DNA from: the human T2T-CHM13v2.0 reference genome, Homo sapiens
Reading direction: 5' to 3' (one strand)
Assembly: GCF_009914755.1 (NCBI RefSeq)
Contig: NC_060927.1
DNA length: 64,000 nucleotides
The notes below the pieces were generated by a model. That model had not been told where the DNA came from and searched no databases. It saw only the letters and a program-made list of their open reading frames with translations. Position numbers and translations under genes: made by a program. Positions within the stretch are counted from its first letter, which is position 1. Each line of letters starts with the position of its first letter. Of the stretch, positions 44,893 through 59,149 are shown in pieces.

Positions 44893-45200
44893 TCTTTTTT
44901 TCTTTTTTTTTTTTTTCTGAGACTGGGTCTCACTTTGTCACCAGGCTGGAGTGCAGTAGCCTGATCTTAGCTCACTGAAGCCTCGACCTCCTGGGCTCAA
45001 GCAATCCTCCCACGTTAGCCCCCAAGTAACTGGGACTACAGACACACACCACCACTCCTGGCTAATTTTTTTTTTTTTTTTTGTAAAGACAAGGTTCTGC
45101 CATGTTGCCCAGGCTGGTTTCGAACTCCTGAGCTCAAGCAATCAGCCCACCTTGGCCTCCCAGTGTGTTAGGATTACAGGCATGAGCCACCACTCCCAGC
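44893..45200 (-). mobile_element. AluJ
   Basis: GCCTCGACCTCCTGGGCTCAAGCAATCCTCC and CCTGAGCTCAAGC J diagnostics; TSD AAGAAT(G/A)GTCTCT. Confidence 0.93.
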
Positions 45201-45210
45201 AAGAATAGTC

Positions 45211-45558
45211 TCTATTGAATACCGTAGTGTGCTATCCATATGTCTCTACTTCGGTACTCGTCAGTCCTTCAAAGACATCCAAGACCATGCTTCCTCTGCA
45301 GCACCACTCCTTATCCAACGACCAGTAGATGCTGGAATTAAAGAACCAGACCCCTCGCCATGATTTGCGACAACTCTAAAGGCCTTCCCAGCTCCCGAGC
45401 TCTCCAGAAGACAGGCTGAGGTTTTTATTGTGACTGCATCATAGTTCAATTTCTTTCACTTCCACAGGTGTTAATTCCAAAAACAATCCCCAATAAACTT
45501 CCTGCATATAAGTCTCCATTTCTAAGTCTCTTTTTCGGGAATACCTGCCTACACCGCA
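45211..45558 (+). mobile_element. LTR16-family 3' LTR
   Basis: GACAACTCTAAAGGCCTTCCCAGCTCC...GTGACTGCATCATAGTTCAA...CCCCAATAAACTTCCTGCAT. Confidence 0.8.
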
Positions 45559-45569
45559 AAATTAGTTAT

Positions 45570-45780
45570 GATGATGATTATTATTATTTTTATTAGGCAC
45601 TTAGCATATTAATTTAATTCTACTTCCCCCAAACAAAACCGTAAGGTTACTATTAAAGTAAACCCATTACAGCCAAGGAAATTGAGACTTAGAAACATTA
45701 AATACCTTACCTATTGTCACACAGGCTATAACTGGTGGAGACAGGATTTGAGCGAGGTCAGCCAATTTCTCAAGCCTGTG
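45570..45780 (-). mobile_element. MIR SINE
   Basis: AGGAAATTGAGACTTAGA...GTCACACAGGCTA...ACAGGATTTGA. Confidence 0.7.
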
Positions 45781-46819
45781 AGGTTTTATGAGTGATCAAG
45801 TATCGCTGTCAGAAGCAATAGCATGAACAAAGATATGTATCTTTGAGCTTGGGGGAATGAGAAAAGTTAGGGAGAGATAAGTCTTAGAAAGACAGAAGAG
45901 TTCAAATTGGAATAAACCAAGAATGCCACAGTCAATACGGATTTACCCAAAAATTGAACCAGTTCTGTAGAATTCTCCATTATTCTCATCCTAAAGAAGG
46001 AAAAACAGTATGGCTTATTGACAAGGATAAAGCTAATAGAAAAGTTACACTTGCACCCTTAATTCTGTTATATCCTTACCAGGTATGAGAAATGGCATGG
46101 GTAGAAGGAGAAGTGGATGGCAATAGCACAGAAAGAAATCCAAAACCCTCTCCTCAGGGATTATGAGGTGAAGGTGCCAGTCGTGGAATGCTGCACTCTT
46201 ATTCTCCTGTGTTTATTCAGCCCTGGGGCTGAGGTTTGCCTTGGAGTTGTAACCTTTATAAGGGGTTTGCTTAATGACAGAATTATTCAACTGCATACCT
46301 CACCCCAATTAGAAAAAGGCTGTTTGGATTCTAATTGACCTTGACACAAGTCTGCTTAAAGAGATTCCCCAAGAATTATAGAGCTACTTTCAGAGTTTGA
46401 CTTGGCCAGGAATATGAAATGTAACACGGTTTTTTGAATTTTCTGCAGTTACTATGAAACGACCAAGCCACAGGTATCAAACATGCTTTGTTTTTGTGTT
46501 ATAATCACATTACAAATTGAACATTTCCACATGTGCAAGTTGGCAAATCTGAAATGAATGATTATGAAGATTATAATTACATATATCAGGTATATATGGC
46601 CAACATATTTTCACTCACACAAAAGCGTATTTTCCCTACTCCCTAGACATCCATGTATAGTGTGTTTATAGGATGTAAAACCATCATCCTATATATAAAC
46701 CAAAAATGTATTTTTAAACAGTTATTGCCAGGTCAGGTGATAAGTCGACATAATATTTGGAAGGTGTAAATACCAGGAAGGGATAGAGATTCCTAAGCTA
46801 ACCATGAGGAAATGACTAA

Positions 46820-46960
46820 CAATAATAGGTTGAAATCAAGAAGAACATAATTTGGACTGAATATCAGGAGGAGAGAAAATAAGCTTCCTGGCTACAATAA
46901 CTGTTAGGCTCTGAAATAATTCTTAAGGGAAGTAGAGCTCTCTTCCTTACCCAGGACTTT
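46820..46960 (+). mobile_element. CR1/L3 fragment
   Basis: AATAGGTTGAAAT...TTTGGACTGAATATCAGGA...CTTCCTG...TTAGGCTCTGAAATA. Confidence 0.45.
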
Positions 46961-47369
46961 GGAAATGAGGCATGCATTCTTGGAGTCCCTTCTAACAAGC
47001 AGTTTTGCTTGGGGAGAGGAAGGAGATCTTTTCCATTTCTGTTTTCAGAGACTTGATATTAAGAAAAAAAATCTCAGAAATCTTTATGTAATTTCCCTTT
47101 AAATGTTCACCAAACCACCTTTGAGCATGATCCTGCATTTACCTTGTAGTGAACATTATGTCTCCTGTTCCTTCACAGCCAAGAAAAATCCATCCCATGG
47201 TCACACAGTTTGCAGCAACCAGGAATTATTTTCAGCTTAATCCTGAAGACCACTTGGTGGTCTTTCACTCGTCTGAGTACCTCTCCCAAGCACTGCAATA
47301 AGGAGTTCTCTAAGAATTGCAGCTAACTGCTTTAGTCAGGCGTACTCTCCTCATTTGTCTCAATCCTGC

Positions 47370-48760
47370 TTTTCCCTAGTTCACAGAGAAAGTGAAAGCC
47401 TAGAGTATGAACAACTATTAAGCTCCCTCTCCACCTAAAAATTGATCTGCATTCATAGTTTCCCTCCCTCCCTCCTTGCAAAGGCCAAGGCCCTCTTCAC
47501 AGATCTCTGCACTAGATCTTAACCCCTCTTACCTCCTGCAGGGACTTGCTCTGTGAGCCACTCCACTCTTTTCACGCTCTCAAATACTCTATTTCCCCAT
47601 CTCTTACTCTCTCAAGCATGTGTTTTACCTCCAAGTATGTAAATATGCTTTTTCCATCTTTTTTCTGGGTGGGGATGCTTCTCCAGTCAGTTCTCTAGAG
47701 GGTAGAGCACACTGCTAGTGGGCATACCTCAAGCCAAGGAGTGGCCATAGGTTGGGTGTTAGCAGGGAAAGAGGTGTGGACAGAGTTTGGGTTTGTAGCT
47801 GCAGTGGTCACACACACAGGTGTGTATACAGAGTTCCTCACAATATAAGGTTTACTGGGATGGGAAGAAAAAGGAGGATCTTCTGTTGGAGGTGCAGGGT
47901 ATTCAGATTGACCTCTCCAAGCAATCATATTCTAGAGCAGAACTCTGGAATGCAAGAGTTTGAAATTCAAGCCTTCCAGGTGATTACAAGGTATATTTAT
48001 TAAGTTGGGAGTATAGAACACATTTAACAGTTCATTCTACTGGTTCCTAGCTTTGAGATGGGGTAAGTTTGCCTCCATTCATACTTTTGCCTTGGGCCTT
48101 GGAAATACAACAGGTGGGCTTTCTGAAGCTACCATAATCTGGCTTATTTACCTCTATCTTGCAACCCCTATTGTTAAAGTTATCGATAATGTTTTTCTGG
48201 TTTTGTCCATTTGACACTTGACCAATCCCTCCTCAAAACTCTCCTCTCTCAGTGTCACATGACCGTCCCAGTTTTCTCCCTTTTTCTCTGCCCTTTCTTA
48301 TTTGGCTTTCTTGGGTGCTTAGTGTGTCATCAGTCATTGAAATAGTAGAATTTCCCAGAATTTCTGTTTTTGGGCGTGATCACCACAGACCTCTCTCCTA
48401 GTGGGAGCTTTCTAGATTCTTAATCTGATCATATTCTGGTACTGTGAAACTCTACAGTGGCTCCTCATGATGGCCTGCAGTATAAATCCACACTCTTCTC
48501 ATCAATTGAGGGATTTATGATCATCTGACTTCTCCAGCCTTATCTGCTACTCCCTCCCCATATGCATCCAACTCCATCCAAACTGCAGCTTCCTGAGGCC
48601 AGCATTTTCTCTCATGCTCTGGGCTGTTACCCAGGGGTTTCTTTTGCCTAGAATATGCTTCCCTCCATTGTCTGTCTGGTTAAACTATACACCATCCTTT
48701 GGGGATCGTCTTATCCATGTCTGCGAAGCATCTGGAGACTTACTTGGGTAGAATTTTGTG
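47370..48760 (+). mobile_element. Fragmented L2
   Basis: TTCACAGAGAAAGTGAAAGCC, CTCTGCACTAGATC, CATTTGACACTTGACCA, CTCCAGCCTTATCT. Confidence 0.55.
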
Positions 48761-50009
48761 TGTATGTTCACAGACAGTTTCATAAAGGCTTCACACTTTC
48801 TCCTTTGTTAGGGGAAATAAAAAATCCATAAACTCCTCCTCTCCCACCCTCACAATGAACAGTGAGATATATTTCCTTCTAAAGTATATGCTAACTTTTA
48901 CAAGATTTTAATTTGCAGCTTATAAACAATTCTGTTTTCAGCACTTTACCATGATATCATAAGAATTTTTCTATGTTATCTTACGGTAGCATAGCATTAT
49001 AATTGTCTTTAAAATACATTGCTAAAATGTTTTTGCCAGCAACATAATATGATCAGACCTGTGATTTGAAAAATAAATCTGTTAATGATGTAAAGGGCTG
49101 ATGTGTGAATAGACTGGAACCAGGAAACCAGACAGAAGTCTATTTGATCAGCCACGCTAGAGCCAGGGAGGAAAAGAGAGAAAAGGAAGACACTGGAACA
49201 GATACAAGAGAACTTTGTGAGGAGGAACTGGCAGACCTCAATGAAAGATTCCATGCGGCAGAAAAGGTGGAGACAGGTATCTCTATTAGATGATGCTGTG
49301 AACCAAACTGCAGAGGAAACATTACGGAAGGTAGTTTTCTAGAGAACAATGAATTGAGTTTCTGCATTAATATAACCATTTGGGGAGTCTTCATGAAGAC
49401 AATAGTTGTATGATTGATATTTTAATAACTATGAAAAACAAGTTAGAGGAAATGTATAAAATATATACATTTATGTCAATGGTAAGGACTGTCAGGTAGA
49501 TTGGAAAAGATTAAGATATTCTTAGGTTAAGTATTAACTCCGGGAAAACAAGAGTTAATAAAAAATAAAATGTAATGCATTAGTGATTTGTGAATAATAT
49601 TTATATAATCATATGCAAAATATATTTATTGTCATAATTTTTAAACACTTAATTATGAGTTATTCAGTAATTGTTATGTAACTGTATTGGGAAGACGGGA
49701 GGAAAGAGTGTGGAGGGATTGCATAGGACAACTAAATTTTTATTTTCCATAACAGGAATCTGAAGAGAGTATCTACAGATGAAACCAATGAATAAATAGC
49801 AATATAAGAATGTTATTTATAAATGACTAAATACCTAAAAGGCCTGAAATTGAATGCACATTGAAGTAGGAAAAAGGAATAAGACAAGAAACTAATGGAT
49901 TTTAAAAATATTTATTATAAAATATGTAAAATAAGTTGACTTTTAAAACTTGTTAGTAATGAAATAGCAAGCAGATTAAAGGTAAAATGCTATATTTACT
50001 TGTATGCAT

Positions 50010-50985
50010 ACATATACGTTAACGTGTTTTAAAGCACAGTTAGGAACATAAATCATAAGTGCCAGCTCAATCAATTATCATAAAATAAACACACCCATGT
50101 AACCATCACCTAAATTAAATGGAACATAATTAGCACCCAGAAATTCCATCTTAAGCTCTCTATATCATTGGTCCTTCCCTCCTATGCAAAAGTAACCACT
50201 ATTCTCACTACCGTTATCATAGATTAGTATTGCCTTTTTAAAACTCAATTCAAGTTGAATAACACAGTATGTATTCCCTGCATCTAAATTCTTTCACTTA
50301 AAATTGTGTTTGGAAAATTCATCCATGCTGTTGCATGTAGCTGCAGTCATTAATTTTTAATGCTATACAGTATTTTCCTATATACAAATACCACAATCAT
50401 TGGTTTACTCATCTATTCTACTGTTGATGTATACTTAGTGCTTACAGTTTAGAGCTATTAAGGTTGCTGTGAATACCTTTGTATATGAATTATGGTGCAT
50501 ATATGTACACATTTCTGTTGAGTAGCTAGATCATATGGGATAATATATTTTCAATTTTAATAGATAACATTTAAACCATTTTCTAAAGGGATTATACCAA
50601 TTTATATGCCCACCAGAAATGCGGGAGGGTTACCATTCCTCCACATCTTACCAACACTTGATATTGTCAGTCTTAATCTTGTAAGTCTGGTATGTGTGAA
50701 GCAGTATCTCACTGAGGCTTTTTAATTGGTATTCCTTGATTTCTGATGAAGTTGAATATTCAGATATCCTCTTGTGTGAAATGTCCGTTTATGTATTTTG
50801 CCTTTTTATCTATTGAGGTTCTCTCTTTTTCTATTGAGGTTGTCTGTCTTTTTCTTATATACCTTCTCTATTAAAGTCAAAGATATTTTGACTATATGTT
50901 ATCTTAAATTTTTGTCTTTTACTTTTACATATAAAATTAACCTGGAATTGATTTTATTTTTTGGTATGGGATGAGGTAGGTATCA
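50010..50985 (-). mobile_element. Old L1M (L1ME-like) 3' region
   Basis: CACCCATGTAACCATCACC, TTCATCCATGCTGTTGCATGTAG, CCTCCACATCTTACCAACACTTGATATTGTC. Confidence 0.8.
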
Positions 50986-51039
50986 ATGCTACCTAAATTA
51001 ATTTGTAAAATTAATGAATCCCAGTTAAAAAAACACAAG

Positions 51040-52490
51040 TCAATAAGACTTTGTGAAACTATATAAGCTGATTTAAAAATCCATTTTAAATGAACAAGTG
51101 ATAATACCCAAGAAATTCTGAAATTTTTAAATAATTGTAGGTTGGCTCATTAGTTATGCAGAATGTGCACTGGACAGTTTTGGAGGGTGAAGGAAAGGGA
51201 GGTATCATTAAACATATAATAAAATGGTCCTGAGAATGAGCTATGTACAACATACATAATTGCACAGAAAAGCTCGAAAACCTATAAAACCTATTATAAG
51301 GCTATATTGATTAAAACTGTGTTACTGGTTTATCAGTAGGTTGATTGGGTAATGAAAAGAGTGAAGGTCACCAAAATAAACCAAAATTTATATAAAAATC
51401 TAATATATGAAAGGGGGACATTTCAAATCAGTGGTAAAAAGACCAATTATTATTAAATAATGTTTAGGAAACTTAACAGAATCTCTGCCTTGTAATTGTA
51501 CCTTACAACAAAACAAACTTTAGATGGAACAAAATAGAAATTTAAAATAATCAGTGTGGATCATTGGTCTGTACATGAGTAAACCTCAAAAGGGAAAAGA
51601 CCGATTAATTCAACTACAAAAATACACAATCTTCACAAAGTGAAAACTAAAAAAAAAAAAAAAAAACAAAAGCTAACACAGTTATAATTACTATAACAAT
51701 TAAAGGCTATTTCCTTAAGTAAAGACCTCCTTGGAAAACAAAACCACCCAATAGAAAAGCAGACAAAACGTAGAAAGAGGTAACTAAGCAGACACCTTAT
51801 AAATATTTTTTTAAACCCTGATGGTCTTAAAATGTATGAAAAGATTCACACAACCTTACTCATAATAAAAAAAAAATGCATCATATTTTATCATCTTGGA
51901 TTTCCAAAGATGCAAAAAAAGAGAAGCTGGATTATTTGGTGTGGGGAAACAAGCACCCTCACATACCAATGGTGGGAATGTAAACCAGTGACAAATCTTT
52001 AGAGGTGCATTTATTGCCATAATCCTTGACCTTGCAATTCTATGACTCTTTACCAAGATATTAACTAAACTACTGTTCCCTATAGCAAAATATTAGAATC
52101 ACCCCAAACGTCCAGTGGTAGGAGACTAGCCAATCAAATTATGATACAATGGAATATTATGTACTTGAAAAAAGAGAAGTGGAGAAGGAGAACAAGAAGA
52201 AGAGAGTTTTATTTGAATTTATATGCAGTGATCTCAAGTAAATTAAATAAAAAATTAAAAATATATAGTATGCTGCCACTTGTGAGAGAAATAAAAGGAG
52301 TAATACACATATCTTCTAGAAAAATATTGAAGAATCTTATAACAGGATTTGCATATTTGAAGGGGAACCAAGTTGCCAAGTGAGAAAAGGAAGCTCATTT
52401 TTTTTACTGTACTCTTTTAGAACTTTTGAATTTTTACCAGGAGCAGATACTACCTATTAAAAAGATGAATGAAATACTTAATAAAAATTA
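51040..52490 (+). mobile_element. Old L1M ORF2/3' fragments
   Basis: TATTATAAGGCTATA...AAAACTGTGTTACTGG, CATTTCAAATCAGTGG, TGGTGGGAATGTAAACCAGT. Confidence 0.65.
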
Positions 52491-52496
52491 AAAAGA

Positions 52497-52610
52497 TCGG
52501 GAGGCTGAGGCAGGAGAGTCACTTGAATCTGGCAGGCAGAGGTTACACTGAGCCGAGATCATGCCACTGCACTTCAGCCTGGGGGACAGAGCAAGACTGC
52601 TTCAAAAAAA
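52497..52610 (+). mobile_element. 5'-truncated Alu (right arm only)
   Basis: TCGGGAGGCTGAGGCAGGAG...A tail; TSD AAAAATTAAAAAGA. Confidence 0.9.
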
Positions 52611-52664
52611 AAAATTAAAAAGAAAAATATAATGAGGGATGACAGTGAAACTCAACTGATTATG

Positions 52665-52880
52665 GCTACTATTTATTGAACATGAATTCACACTAAATTC
52701 TTCATGTGCAACCGATGTTTGCATTTTTCCCCAAAACTATTTGGTAGTTATTGCTATCCCCATTTCACAGTTGAAGAAACTGAGGATCAAAGAGAAAGTA
52801 ACTTACTATGGTCATGTATTAGTTAATAACAGAGGCATATTTCTTACCTGGGTGTGTATGTTTCAAACCATGTGCATTTT
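52665..52880 (-). mobile_element. MIR SINE
   Basis: ATCCCCATTTCACAGTTGAAGAAACTGAGG. Confidence 0.75.
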
Positions 52881-53424
52881 GTACTGTGCTTCCTCTTGCT
52901 ATGACAAGTTTATCTCACATAAATGGAGATTCTCTTTAAAGCTAACTTGTTAATACCACATCCCACTGGCCAACTGCTAATCCATCTGTCATTTCACTTG
53001 CCCTCTGCATTCCCTCTCCATCCTTTCATACTCACACAAACTTGTGTACATACAAAAATGACTGTTTGGAAAGCAACCACCTACCGTGAAGTGACCCAGA
53101 ACTTTGCACCGTTCCATGGATAATTGTAGGAAACCAACAAATAGTTTTCTTGTTCAAGACATATGTAAGTAATTGGTCAAAGTTAAGTGGCATCCATCCT
53201 ATTCTGCATAGCTGGACTGTTCTTGCAACCCTCAACCCTTGCATTCCTCTGCAAAGTGTTTTGTTTATACAGGCAAAATTCTAAGCACATGGATATATCC
53301 TAGGCTGTCTTCATGATCAGAATCCAAATGTTCAAAAGACAAGCAGCAGGACACAGTTAATAGAGAAAAATGGAATTGCTGGTTAATCAGTGGAAAAGTA
53401 AAATAGCATTCCTTGTCATCAGGA

Positions 53425-53685
53425 CGGAAGAGTGATTGAGTGCACAGCCTTTGGAGTCAAATATACCTGGGTGGATTCCCAGCTCTTTAATGGACCTGCT
53501 GTGTAGTCTTGGGTAAGTTTCCTAACCTCTTTTGCTTCCATTTTCTAGATGAGAAAATGGGAATGATAATACTGCCTATCTCACAGGCAGGATTGTTGTG
53601 AAGGTTAAAAAACAAAGAAGTGGAAGAAAAGCATTATCCTCAGTGCTGGGTGCATGGTAAGAATTCAGTGAATGATAACTATTGT
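53425..53685 (+). mobile_element. MIR SINE (MIRb-like)
   Basis: CTTTGGAGTCAAATATACCTGGGTGGATTCCCAGCTCT...AAAATGGGAATGATAATACTGCCTATCTCACAGG. Confidence 0.85.
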
Positions 53686-54415
53686 TTTAGGTAATATTAG
53701 GCTACGTTGCAGGCCAAACCCTCAATTAGTTTTACAGTTCATATTTCAAATGAGACACTTTTTTGTGTCTTCTACAACTTGTTCCCTGGGTATCTGGTCT
53801 CCTTGACTCTACTCCCTCACCACATCTATCAGGGTGTCTGCAGATCTTTACATACTGTTCCCTTTACCTGCTACACTTTCATCCAGATCGTTCATGGAGG
53901 ACTTCTTTCCAACAATGAGGTCTCTACATGAATGTCGTCTGCTCAGAGAAGCTTGCCGCAACCAAAATTTCATCCTTTCTTCTATCTCGAGCCTAAAATG
54001 GTGCTAAAGAAATATTTGCCCTTCAAAATACTGTGCTACACTGCAAAATGTCATGAAACATTAAAATATAGCCTGCCAAACATTTTTATTGTATGCTAAG
54101 TGACTGCCATCTTCAGATATTTTTCTCTCATCATCATAAAGCCAGTGGTTTCCTATCATTTTCTTGATAATGCAATTTAAAGCAAAGAGTTGACTGATTT
54201 TTCCTATTATATTTTAAGGAATGGGGATACATTTGAAGTACGTGAAAGAAAATTGTTCTCATTTTAATTTTTCCTAAGTTTTTCATCACACACAAGGAAG
54301 AAAATCTCAAATTAGAGCTAATATTTCTTTAACCTCTCTCTAACACTTCATAATATCCCCTTTTAAAATAAAGAACAAGTAGACAAAAAGCCCACAGTCA
54401 GGCAGGAAACAGTGT

Positions 54416-55140
<725 letters not shown>

Positions 55141-55144
55141 AGTA

Positions 55145-55483
55145 CAGATGGTCCCCAACCTATGATGATTCGATGTCGCTGTGGTGCAAAAGCAATATGC
55201 ACTGAGTAGAAACTGTACTTCCAATTTTGAATTTTGATCTTTTCTCAGTCTAGGTCACAACCACAAGTGTAAAGAACCTATATGCTATACAGCGTACTGT
55301 GTTGCCAGATGAGTTTGCCCAGTTGTAGGATAATGTAAATGTCCCGAGTATGTTTAAGGGAGGCTACGCTAAGCTATGGCGTTTGGTAAGTTAGGTGGAT
55401 TAAATGCATTCTCTATTTATGATATTTTCTATTTACTATGGGTTGATCAGGATGTAGCCCCATCATAAGTTAAAGAGCAACTG
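55145..55483 (-). mobile_element. MER47-like Tigger element
   Basis: TIRs CAGATGGTCCCCAACCTATGATG ... CATCATAAGTTAAAGAGCAACTG; TA on both flanks. Confidence 0.85.
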
Positions 55484-55913
55484 TATCTCACTAAAATCTA
55501 ATAATATTGTAGTTTTTCATTGTGCATATTTCTATTATTAAGTTATATTTATAGCAAGTAGTTTTCTATTTACATGTTCTTTTCAAATAAAATTATCAAG
55601 CTGTAAAAAATGAATCAAGACAAAGAAATGTTAAATAAATAATGATACAAGTGGCTTAGAGATAAGGCAAAAGTTGTGTTGCTATCTAAATCATTAAAAT
55701 GTGGGGCTCACTGTTCTTGGGTGAGATCACACAACTAGTTTGTGGCAAAAAGGATAAGACTGCAGATCTCTTCGACTCTACATCTGTGCCTTTCCAACAT
55801 TGCTGTTGCCTTTCTAAGAACTGTGGTACCCAGTAAAGCCTATGCAATAGTCCTAAAGTGCTTCTGAATGCTAACATGAATGAGAGCAATTCCACTTTCT
55901 CTAATTATTCTTT

Positions 55914-56231
55914 TTTCTTTTCTTTTTTTTTTTTTTGAGATGGAGTTTCTCTCTCGTTGCCCGGGCTGGAATGCAGTGGCCCAATCACAGCTCACCACAA
56001 CCTCCGCCTCCCAGATTCAAGCGATTGTCCTACCTTAGCCTCCTGAGTAACTGGGATTACAGTGATGCGCCACCATGCCTGGCTAATTTTGTATTTTGTA
56101 TTTATTTTATTTTATTTTATTTTAGTAGAGACGGGGTTTCTCCATGTTGGTCAGGCTGGTCTCGAACTCCTGACCTCAGGTGATCCGCCCACCTCAGCCT
56201 TCCGAAGTGCTGGGATTACAGGCACGAGCCA
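55914..56231 (-). mobile_element. AluSp-like, missing ~12 nt at its 5' end, (ATTTT)n linker
   Basis: GTTTCTCCATGTTGGTCAGG; perfect TSD TCTCTAATTATTCTTT. Confidence 0.93.
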
Positions 56232-58529
56232 TCTCTAATTATTCTTTAACATTTTGTACCTTTGGATGGTGTTTTAGGAAAAAATGAAATGACCCAGCAA
56301 CTACTTTTTAGTTAGTTATACACAAAAATTATTGGACTTAGAAGAATACGAACAGAAAATTTTTAATTTTAAATATATGCAAGAACAGTAAAAAAAATGC
56401 CACCAATTTACCCATTTAAATAACAGTTGACACTAAATTAGTGATACTAATGGGGAGATGCTTTTTCATAAAGACTATTTTTCTCTGTAAAGACATTTGG
56501 AAGTAAACAATCTAAATCTTTAGGTTTTAGTCAGTGTGTTTTGCTCTGAAGAGGTTTACAAAGCCATGGGGCCAATTGAATCTTCCTACTCCTACTATCC
56601 TAATATATTCACTTATTGAAAATTGTCCATTGAGATTTCCCACTTATCCTTCTGTTACTGCCTTTTTATTCTGTCAAATTGAAGACCTTAGTCCTTAATT
56701 TCATCTTTAGAAAGTGAATGTTGATGAAAGAACTGGTCCTTGATAAAAACAAAGCAAAGCAGAACAAAACAAAAATGAAAGCTGTATTCTTCTCTCTCCA
56801 CCTATGGCACCTTCTCCCAGCCCATGAAGACAGATTGTTCAGATAGCTGCCACCATCCTCAGCTTCTTACAGCCCAGTCTTACCCGCTCAGGGAGGGCCT
56901 CAAATATGTCCCCTTACATCCATTTTCATCCTCTTTTGGCCTCTTAAAAATACGTTTCCTCCCATAACTATCACGGAGAAAAGGATCAGATTCACTACTG
57001 CTGATTGAAATCACTTAATATGTCATCCCTCGTAAAATAATATATTATTGTTTTAAAGGAAGCGCATATGATTATCACAGACCAGGATGACTTCAACGGT
57101 GGAGGTAAGGACATATTTTCTGACAAGGTCATGACACTAGCTGGCCTCCTGCTAGACTCGTAAATGTTGCTTCTTTGGGAGGTCTCTGATTCTTTTTTTC
57201 TCCTGATTTCTTTAACCTGATTTAAAGATACTGCTTCCTACAAGAAATGCTTGGAAGGAGCTAAAACTTTTTATCCTGCAGGGAAATAATGGAGAGAAAG
57301 TATTGAAAGTGAGCTTTGCCTTCTGAGATGTCAAAATAGGGCAGAATTTTTACATAAGATGCTTTTAACACTTCTTTCTTGCTTACAGGAGCTCAGTACT
57401 ATTTAGTTGGTTATTTCTGTTCATCACTATTAGTTCATCACCATTTCTGATAAGTAGTTAGAGCTCCAAACAGGAACGAAATTGCTATGAATCAACATGT
57501 GGGAAATGGATAATACACTCTACTTTTATAATATGGACAATACGTTTGTTGCCATTAAGACATATTTTGTTTCATTTGTGACACATGAAAACAAGCTGAA
57601 GTTGAGTTTGGCTTTTGTGGCATAGAGCCAATCTGAGCACATTTGGAGGTAATCTAACCCCTGAACTTATCACAGAAGTCTTTGACCCGACCTCCTTTGT
57701 TGGATACCAGGATTTTACCCCACTCTGCTCATAACCCACTCCTCATTGTAGTGGCCTAGAAAGAAGAAACTTGGGTTTGGACTCCAAATCAGCTATGTGA
57801 TCTTGCACCTTAGACAAAACCACCATCCCTCTTTTGAGATCTCACTGTGTTACCTGCATAGTGAGCAGGTTGGGCTCAGCCCTCCCTCACAGTGCATGAT
57901 TAGAAGGCTCCTGTCACTCTCACACACAAGATTTCTTTTTGTTCTCTTTATGTAATTTACTCTTTGCTTAACTAATTTAAAAGAATTTGTTTGTTTTTGT
58001 AAAGTTTGTCTTATTAAAAAGCCACACATTCTTTTAGATAATGTAAAAATGCAGACAAACAACAAGAATAAAGCAAATGAAATTCATGCATAATCTTGCC
58101 AACCAGTAAAATGTTACATGATATAGCTTCCAGATATTTGTAACTTGCTTCTTCAGTTAATAACATATAGAGATTATCTGCTCATGTACTTAAACAGGCA
58201 GACAGCATAGTTTACTTTGCTGAGTCTCTTTCACTGACTACTTTGTAGATAACAATTATTTTATTATTATCAATGTTTTAATCAACATCCATGTTCGCAA
58301 ATCTTAGTATGTAATGCTAACAAATTTTTAGGTTAAATTCCTAAACTGAGAATCTCTTTTTCATGGGTTATGCTCATAAAAAGAAGTATGTTTTTAATAA
58401 AACAAGAGTAATTCATTCTTATTGAAAATATCAAATAGTCAAAAATGTGTAATATAAAAAATTACCCACTGCGCTCCCTAGAGGTAACCCTGAATACTAG
58501 TTTGGTATATGTCCTTTTAGATAATTTAT

Positions 58530-59125
58530 CTATTTATTCATTATTTAATAAAATGTATAGAATAGACACAATGTGCCATAGTAGTCACTGGAGAAACAGC
58601 ATTGATCAAAGTAGATACAGTTAGTTCATTCATGGAGCCTAAGACATTAGCAATAGAGTTCTTAAATAATACACTAATACCTATGTATACAATTACAGAT
58701 TGCAATAGGTGCATTGAATGTGTGGCAAATTGTTTGATGAGAGACACAACAGGACTAGTTAATTTACACTAATAGGTGAGAGAAAGTGAGAAGATATCAA
58801 GGAATGTTTCACTGAAAGACTAACATGTACATTAAAATCTGAAGAATAAACTAAATTAGCCAAGTGAGAATATAGGGGATGACTGGAGGAGTGGGATTCT
58901 GGATTGGAGGAAGATAGGAGTGCTCCAAGTTCACACATATGCTGTGCACAGTCCTTGGAAGTGAAATTGAATTTGGTGACTGAAAGTAATCCGGTAAATC
59001 TGAGAAAGGCAAGTAGGGAAAGACTAAACAGGTAGGCAAGAACTAGGTCATGGGGTGCCCTGGAGGCCATGTCGACCTGATGATATTCATTTGAAGAACA
59101 ATAGGGAGCTATTGGAGGCTTTCTC
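58530..59125 (-). mobile_element. L2 fragment
   Basis: TTCATTATTTAATAAAATGTA...CAAGGAATGTTTCACTGAA...GGGAGCTATTGGAGGCTTT. Confidence 0.7.
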
Positions 59126-59149
59126 CACTAACTAGGTATGTATGTCCAG

